DNA of 32,000 bases, taken from assembly GCF_000284455.1 (NCBI RefSeq), contig NC_017039.1, positions 2,850,001-2,882,000 of the forward strand, read 5' to 3'. Under the pieces are notes generated by a model. That model had not been told where the DNA came from. It saw only the letters and a list, made by a program, of their open reading frames with translations, and searched no databases. Of this stretch, positions 27,118-32,000 are shown in pieces; position 1 is the stretch's first letter; each line of letters opens with the position of its first letter. This DNA comes from Synechocystis sp. PCC 6803 substr. PCC-P. Lineage in GTDB: Bacteria; Cyanobacteriota; Cyanobacteriia; Cyanobacteriales; Microcystaceae. The translations under genes and the position numbers were made by a program.

Positions 27118-27683
27118 TTGCTTGAAAGGGAAGCCAGCAGACTAACAGTTTCCCCCAGATTGGCAAAGACGGGAATTGGCCCAGCTAATTGCAACCTAAA
27201 CTTATCCAACTGTTGGCAAGTTTCCTCACCCCGCCCTGTCATTAGCACCACTGGCTGACAACCGGCCGCAATGGCTGCTCCCACGTCACTGGGGGCATCG
27301 CCAATAAAGTAGGATTCCTGGAGAGAAATTTGGTACTGCTCCGCCGCCCGCAACAACATTTCGGGGGAAGGTTTACGGCAATCACAACCGTCCTCTGGAT
27401 GGTGGGGGCAAAGGAAAAAATCGGTGAACTTTACTCCCTCTTTGCCGTACTCTTGTCGGATTTTGGTATGGACCGCCGCCACGTCACCGTGGTCAAAATA
27501 ACCCCGGCCAATGCCCGCCTGATTGGTGATCACAATTAATAAATATCCTGCTTTTTGCCACTGGGTTAAAGCTTCCCCGGCACCGGCCGGTAACTGCACT
27601 TGCTCCGGTTTACCAAGGTAGGGAATATAGTCAATGATGACGCCGTCACGGTCGAGGAACAGGGCTTTGCGGAGGGCACTCAA
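27114..27683 (-). CDS. gmhB: D-glycero-D-manno-heptose-1,7-bisphosphate phosphatase-type HAD phosphatase (GmhB / HisB-N family)
   Basis: The HAD motif I is FLDRDGVI. The Zn-binding insert CPHHPEDGCDCRKP is characteristic of the GmhB and histidinol-phosphatase subfamily. Motif IV is FIGDAPSD. The start appears to be TTG at 27683. Confidence 0.8.
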   Translation of the reverse strand: MSALRKALFLDRDGVIIDYIPYLGKPEQVQLPAGAGEALTQWQKAGYLLIVITNQAGIGRGYFDHGDVAAVHTKIRQEYGKEGVKFTDFFLCPHHPEDGCDCRKPSPEMLLRAAEQYQISLQESYFIGDAPSDVGAAIAAGCQPVVLMTGRGEETCQQLDKFRLQLAGPIPVFANLGETVSLLASLSSK

Positions 27684-27792
27684 GGTTATCGGTGTGAATA
27701 TTTATTTGGCTAGATTAAAAATGGCTTTAGTATCCTACAGGACGGGGACGCAGTCCTACCCCCCATCGAACTAAATTTGATCACCCTTTCAA

Positions 27793-28377
27793 CTAGACTT
27801 TGATTCCCACAGACTTTTGGGCGAAGAGACGGGATTCCACCTGTTCACAGATGTGATGGTAGGTCATCAAATGCACTTCTTGGATGCAGGGAGTGTTTTT
27901 GTCGGCGACGAAGAGGGGATAGTCAGCAAATTCCTGGAACAAACCACCGTTATTACCAGCCATGCCGATGGTGTGTAAACCCTTATCCTTGGCACATTTC
28001 AGCGCATGGAGCACATTGGTGGATTTACCCGAAGTGGACAAACCCCAAAGAATATCCCCCGGTTGGCCCAAAGCTTCCACTTGACGGGAAAAAACAATAT
28101 CGTAGGTGTAATCGTTGCTGACAGACGTGAGGATGGAACTGTTGGCGGTCAAGGCGATCGCCGGTAGGGCTTGGCGGTTGAAATGGAAACGGCCGACAAA
28201 TTCAGCGGCCAGGTGTTGGGCATCGGCGGCGGATCCCCCGTTACCGCAGATGAGCAATTTATTACCCGCCTGGAATCTTTGGCAAATCAGATCTACCACG
28301 GCCTCAATGGCTCCGCAATAGGATTGATCGAAAGCCTTGGCAAGGGACTGTAAACGCTGTTCAACCCATTCAGACAT
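27793..28377 (-). CDS. gmhA: Sedoheptulose-7-phosphate isomerase (SIS domain, GmhA type)
   Basis: CGNGGSAADAQHLAAEFVGRF..RQALPAIAL..NDYTYDIVFSRQVEALGQPGDILWGLSTSGKSTNV...IQEVH. By hand alignment to the remembered E. coli GmhA sequence, it keeps the Glu (AAEF) and His (QEVH) equivalent to catalytic E65 and H180. The DiaA paralog lacks that Glu. Confidence 0.85.
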   Translation of the reverse strand: MSEWVEQRLQSLAKAFDQSYCGAIEAVVDLICQRFQAGNKLLICGNGGSAADAQHLAAEFVGRFHFNRQALPAIALTANSSILTSVSNDYTYDIVFSRQVEALGQPGDILWGLSTSGKSTNVLHALKCAKDKGLHTIGMAGNNGGLFQEFADYPLFVADKNTPCIQEVHLMTYHHICEQVESRLFAQKSVGIKV

Positions 28378-28593
28378 AGTAAATCCTCATTTTCAAAGCC
28401 TGAAGCAGCCAAAAAATCTAGCTTCGACTTTTAGGGACTCCCATTGCCATAAAAAAGTGGCAGGGGCCAAAATATAGTTCCTAATCTTAATCGAGGGAGG
28501 CAAAAATTGGCTAATGTTAAAGGGGTCAGCGTTTGGTCACTGGGGACGATTTTCCCTCATCCTAGGGTGAGTAGACAGTGATTTGAGATTTTT

Positions 28594-28983
28594 ATGTGGA
28601 TTATTTATAAGGAGTTTTCCTTTGAGGCGGCCCATCAATTGCCCCACCACGAAGGGAAATGTCGACGCTTACATGGCCATAGTTTTCGGGGCCGGGTTTA
28701 CGTGGCCAGCGATCGCCTGAAAACCACTGGTTCAGAAACGGGCATGGTGATGGACTTTAGTGTGCTCAAAGCCCATTTGGACCCCTTGGTGAAAAATCAC
28801 CTCGACCATTATTACCTCAACGACAGTCTTGGTTTGGAAAGCCCCACCAGTGAGGCGATCGCCGCTTGGATCTTTGCCAAATTAGAAGAAGCTGGGGTAC
28901 CGGGGTTACATTCCGTGGAAGTCTTGGAAACCTGTACCTCCGCCGCCCGTTACTTTTCCCCCCGTTTGTCCCCATTGCTGTGA
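28594..28983 (+). CDS. queD: 6-carboxy-5,6,7,8-tetrahydropterin synthase (QueD / PTPS family)
   Basis: 129 aa. FSFEAAHQLPHHEGKCRRLHGHSF contains the Cys-x3-His-Gly-His catalytic/Zn motif. HLDHYYLND is also present. Confidence 0.85.
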   Translation: MWIIYKEFSFEAAHQLPHHEGKCRRLHGHSFRGRVYVASDRLKTTGSETGMVMDFSVLKAHLDPLVKNHLDHYYLNDSLGLESPTSEAIAAWIFAKLEEAGVPGLHSVEVLETCTSAARYFSPRLSPLL

Positions 28984-29205
28984 TTTTCGTAATCCCTGGG
29001 ATTAGGGGATTTAACCGAACAAATTGACCCCAGTCGGCCAACCATTGCTTAAACTAGGGGAAAGTACTAAGTTTAGTAGGAAAAATTGTCAGCCTTGGGT
29101 ATTTAGCGCAATTTTGATAGGATTTTGCTCCCTTGAGGCATTCTGAAATTAGCACTACTCATCACTGTTGTTGTTTGCTGAACTGTTATCTCGGTCGCCC
29201 CTGCC

Positions 29206-31647
29206 ATGGTCTTTTCCTCCGATTCCCCCGAATTTAGCCTCTCCCCTTTTGAACAAGCCCTCATTGAAGCGGGTTATCTTTCCCTTTCCCAAATTCATCA
29301 GGCTTTAATGGAGGCGCGTCGCACCGGCATTGCTCTGCCGACTTTGGTGGAAACAATATTGGGGGAATCTTTGCCCGATGAACTACATCGCCAGTACCAA
29401 GCTCAGCAACGGTTTGCCCTTTCGGTGATCCATGGGGTGAAGTTTTTTGACCAACATCAGTTAACGACCCTGGCCAACACCGAGGCGATCGCCAGTTTAC
29501 TGAACCGTTACTTTCCTTTGCCCATCTGCCGTCAGTATGGTTTTTTACCCCTCCATTACCGGGAAAATCCGGGGGCTTTGTTAGTGGTGATGGTGGACCC
29601 CAGCGACCCGGAAGCAAGTCAATTTTTACAACGACAACTAGCGCCCCATCGGCTTACCCTGCGGCGGCGGGGGGTGACCAAGGATGATTTTGATAATTTA
29701 ATCGATCAGCTTTACCACGATCCGGAAGTGCAGGCCGCCCTGAACGCCCACCGCCAAACTGAGATTAGTGAAGATCCCTACGATGGCAAAGCAACGGTGG
29801 TGGAAGTAACGGAAATTATTGAGGATTTACCGCAACAAATCGCAGCTCTGCAGAATACTCCCCCGGTTGCTCCCCCGCCGGTCAGTGCCATAGCCGAAAA
29901 TACAAATGATTCTAATCCAGAGGCCAAATCCGAAGGGCCAGAAGTTAAATTAGCTAATAAAATTCTCATCCTTGGGTTGCGGGAAGGGGCCAGCGAAATT
30001 CACATTGACCCCCAGGATAATCGGGTGCTGGTGCAGATTCGTCAGGGTGGTAATCTCCGGATGTTGCTTGAACCCCTGCCTAGGGAGTTAGGCCCCAAAT
30101 TGGTCGCCAGGGTGAAAACCATGGCCCATTTGGACACCAGCCAGACCAACATCCCCCAAAAGGCCCGCATCCGCAAAAGTTATAATGGCCAGTCAGTATT
30201 TTTCTACGTCAATATTCTGCCCAGTTTTTACGGTGAAAAAATACTGGTACGGGTGGTTCCTCACCTAGAAAAATTACCTGATTTTGCCCAACTTTGTGGC
30301 GATCGCCAGAGCCAGGAAAGTTTACAAAGATTAGCCCAGGAATCCCAAGGTTTAGTGGTGGTAATTGGGGCGGCCTATGGCGGCAAAACCACTACCATGG
30401 AAGCTTTTTTGGGACAGCAGTTGGACCAGAATCGCTCCGTTGCCTTGGTGTCCGATCCCCTTGTCCATGTTTATGAAAACATTAATCAGCTAGAAGTAAA
30501 CCCCCAAAAGGACTTTACCAGCGAAAAGGCAGTGCAGTCCCTCCAGGATCAATGGCCCGCAGTGATGGCAGTGGATCCCTTGGAGGATCAGGAAACAGCC
30601 CAAATTTTGACCCAAGTCCTCAACCAAGGCCATTTAGTTTTCACCTCTGTCATTGCCAAAGATGTGCCCTCGGCGATCGCCCAACTGCAGCAATGGTTTG
30701 AACCAGCGGTATTGGGGCAACACCTGAAGGGCATTGTTTCCCAGCGGCCAGTGCGACGGGTCTGTCCAGCCTGTCGTTTGAGGGGGGAAGTGACACCGGA
30801 AGAGCAACAACGTTTTGGTCTGCCTCCGGGAACTATTTATCGGGCTAACAGTTTGAGTATGGAGTTGATGGCCCAACCCATGATCAAAAGTCGTCTCTGT
30901 CGTCAGTGCCATGGCCTTGGTTACTCTGGCATGACGGGGATATTTGAGGTCGTGGCCATTACTCCTGAGCTCCAACAGTTAGTCAGTAGCCCCTGTTCCC
31001 ACGCAGAAATTATCAATGGTTTAAGTCAAGCTGGCATTGCTAGTCCCGCTCGCCAGGCGATCACCCTAGTGAGTCAGGGAGTCACCACCCTCGAAGAAGT
31101 GACCAGACTTTTTCCCCAATTGCCCCGGCAACTATCGCCCCGATCGTCCCCCCCTGAAGCTATTAGTGCACAATCATCACCAATGACTCCCCCCGCAACT
31201 CAAACCATCCCAGGGGAAACTATGTTCTCCGATGACCAATGGTGGCAACGTCTGCAACAACTGGAAAAATCTGTGCAGGAGCTTAACCGTGCCCTGGCGG
31301 ATTTGAAAAAAATGGCTGGCGATCGCCCTTCTGCTCACCGTACCCGGGCTGGCGATCATCATTCCCCATCGGCTGCTGGCCCCAACTTAGACCTCATGGC
31401 AGAATTGCAGGCCCTGGAGGATTTATCTGCCCACAAAAGGCCCAAGGCTAGGGACAGACATGAACAAGCCGTAACCGTTATGGAAGGTTTTGATCAAATT
31501 GAAGAATTATTAATTGACGATCAATTGGGCCAACCTGCCGCTGCCCCCTTCAATGCCGGGGAGGAAACCTTTATTGCAGAAGAAGAAGCTAACGTCCCGG
31601 AGGGGAAAAAATTTAATCCGTTTAAATCTGTGATTGACCCCTGGTAA
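29206..31647 (+). CDS. pilB2: PilB/GspE-family secretion-ATPase paralog with degenerate catalytic motifs and a long C-terminal extension
   Basis: 813 aa. It has an N-terminal T2SSE_N-like region. Walker A GAAYGGKT lies at 30367-30390. The tetracysteine CPAC...CRQC is present. The Asp box, Walker B and His box are all substituted (see findings). The last ~170 aa form a Pro/Ser-rich, coiled-coil and acidic tail. It is recognised from memory as pilB2. Confidence 0.85.
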   Translation: MVFSSDSPEFSLSPFEQALIEAGYLSLSQIHQALMEARRTGIALPTLVETILGESLPDELHRQYQAQQRFALSVIHGVKFFDQHQLTTLANTEAIASLLNRYFPLPICRQYGFLPLHYRENPGALLVVMVDPSDPEASQFLQRQLAPHRLTLRRRGVTKDDFDNLIDQLYHDPEVQAALNAHRQTEISEDPYDGKATVVEVTEIIEDLPQQIAALQNTPPVAPPPVSAIAENTNDSNPEAKSEGPEVKLANKILILGLREGASEIHIDPQDNRVLVQIRQGGNLRMLLEPLPRELGPKLVARVKTMAHLDTSQTNIPQKARIRKSYNGQSVFFYVNILPSFYGEKILVRVVPHLEKLPDFAQLCGDRQSQESLQRLAQESQGLVVVIGAAYGGKTTTMEAFLGQQLDQNRSVALVSDPLVHVYENINQLEVNPQKDFTSEKAVQSLQDQWPAVMAVDPLEDQETAQILTQVLNQGHLVFTSVIAKDVPSAIAQLQQWFEPAVLGQHLKGIVSQRPVRRVCPACRLRGEVTPEEQQRFGLPPGTIYRANSLSMELMAQPMIKSRLCRQCHGLGYSGMTGIFEVVAITPELQQLVSSPCSHAEIINGLSQAGIASPARQAITLVSQGVTTLEEVTRLFPQLPRQLSPRSSPPEAISAQSSPMTPPATQTIPGETMFSDDQWWQRLQQLEKSVQELNRALADLKKMAGDRPSAHRTRAGDHHSPSAAGPNLDLMAELQALEDLSAHKRPKARDRHEQAVTVMEGFDQIEELLIDDQLGQPAAAPFNAGEETFIAEEEANVPEGKKFNPFKSVIDPW

Positions 31648-31747
31648 CCCAAAAACCATTGCTTTGTTCGGCTCATAGAACACAGAACAGCCAAGACTAG
31701 ATAAACCCGGTGAAGCAGAAATCCCAAGCCCTTGAACGAGGGAACTC

Positions 31748-32000
31748 TCAATTCTTAGTGGATGGCAAAGGCTGGAAAAAAATTCTGCCCATCCACAGCA
31801 AACACACCAGGAAATAACCGGTGGTGATCAGACCATTTAGGTACATTAGTCTAAATGCGGCCAATTCCCCCGCGCCCTGGCCAGTCCCCCAGAGTAATAG
31901 GTACAGGCAGAGCCAACCTAGGGTTAATTGCAATGACCGACGACTTAAACGGCGACGTTGACGGTGATGCTGATTGTCGCCCCAGTTAGGTTGGTCTGGT
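31748..32000 (-). CDS. Hypothetical small membrane protein; 5' end probably off the right edge (partial)
   Basis: The minus frame stays open from the window edge (..PDQPNWGDNQHHRQRRRLSRRS) into the listed 61-aa ORF (LQLTLGWLCLYLLLWGTGQG...GLITTGYFLVCLLWMG), which has two hydrophobic segments. No family was recognised. Confidence 0.35.
   Translation of the reverse strand, partial: PDQPNWGDNQHHRQRRRLSRRSLQLTLGWLCLYLLLWGTGQGAGELAAFRLMYLNGLITTGYFLVCLLWMGRIFFQPLPSTKN

Larger units (their letters stand above)
2037..31326. repeat. Dispersed HIP1 octamer palindromes (GCGATCGC), at least 31 perfect copies
   Basis: Copies found by eye start at 2037, 2877, 3221, 4162, 4526, 5051, 5420, 6371, 7966, 8387, 9619, 10503, 11516, 12079, 15967, 16550, 18270, 18675, 19095, 22787, 24282, 26290, 26553, 26932, 28154, 28709, 28855, 29485, 30299, 30673 and 31319. 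The random expectation for a palindromic 8-mer in 32 kb is about 0.5. Confidence 0.9.

Noticed and set aside
27793-28377. Alternative call of the SIS protein as a DiaA-like DnaA-associating factor
   Set aside because: By hand alignment it retains the GmhA catalytic Glu (AAEF) and the D.FSR.VEA block, which DiaA lacks. It is also adjacent to a GmhB-type phosphatase.
29230-29400. MshEN-type c-di-GMP-binding motif in the PilB2 N-terminus
   Set aside because: The first candidate, FEQALIEAGYLSLSQIHQALMEAR, matches only the hydrophobic positions of RLGxxLLxxGLLxxxxLxxxLxxQ and lacks the Arg, the first Gly and the final Gln. The second copy fits even worse. This is not enough to claim c-di-GMP binding.
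31521-31751. 76-aa minus-strand ORF overlapping the pilB2 3' end
   Set aside because: It is mostly antisense to the pilB2 coding sequence and has no supporting features.
1-32000. Search for mobile elements, CRISPR arrays, tRNA and rRNA genes, and defence or toxin-antitoxin modules
   Set aside because: I found no transposase or integrase-like ORF, no regularly spaced direct repeats, no T-loop GGTTCGAATCC-type signature and no small paired ORFs typical of toxin-antitoxin systems. HIP1 density argues the region is native core genome.

Overview
The window reads as core chromosome of a unicellular cyanobacterium. From memory (no search run), the gene order and several proteins match Synechocystis sp. 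PCC 6803: the 1276-aa Cph2 with Cys129, Cys994 and Cys1022, NdhF1, Ycf34, divergent sufR and sufBCDS, cyAbrB2, the Hpt-only PilL-N, and PilB2. I support about 29 protein-coding genes at roughly 88% coding density. They fall into six groups. (1) Housekeeping and bioenergetics: ndhF1, ycf34, an orphan sdhB, coaD, rsmG, queD and a class II tRNA nucleotidyltransferase. (2) Fe-S cluster assembly: sufR, its operators, and sufBCDS. (3) Second-messenger and photosensory proteins: a cNMP-binding-EAL protein and Cph2. (4) Type IV pilus-related paralogs: pilL-N and pilB2. (5) Transcription factors: cyAbrB2 and a cysteine-free Rrf2. (6) A minus-strand gene string of gmhA, gmhB, a GT-B-like unknown and an ArsA/Get3-like ATPase. 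I found no rRNA, tRNA, CRISPR array, transposase, integrase, phage genes or defence-type genes. The octamer palindrome HIP1 (GCGATCGC) occurs at least 31 times, which supports native cyanobacterial DNA. I do not see a compact, obviously novel accessory system. The best leads are a PilB paralog that keeps Walker A and the Zn tetracysteine but has lost the Asp-box, Walker B and His-box catalytic residues; the incomplete heptose-type cassette coupled to a GT-like protein and a Get3d-like ATPase; a cNMP-gated EAL phosphodiesterase; a cysteine ladder in an 11-residue tandem repeat of a coiled-coil protein; and the symmetric suf control region. All functional calls rest on motifs read by eye and remembered family knowledge. 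None is verified by alignment tools.
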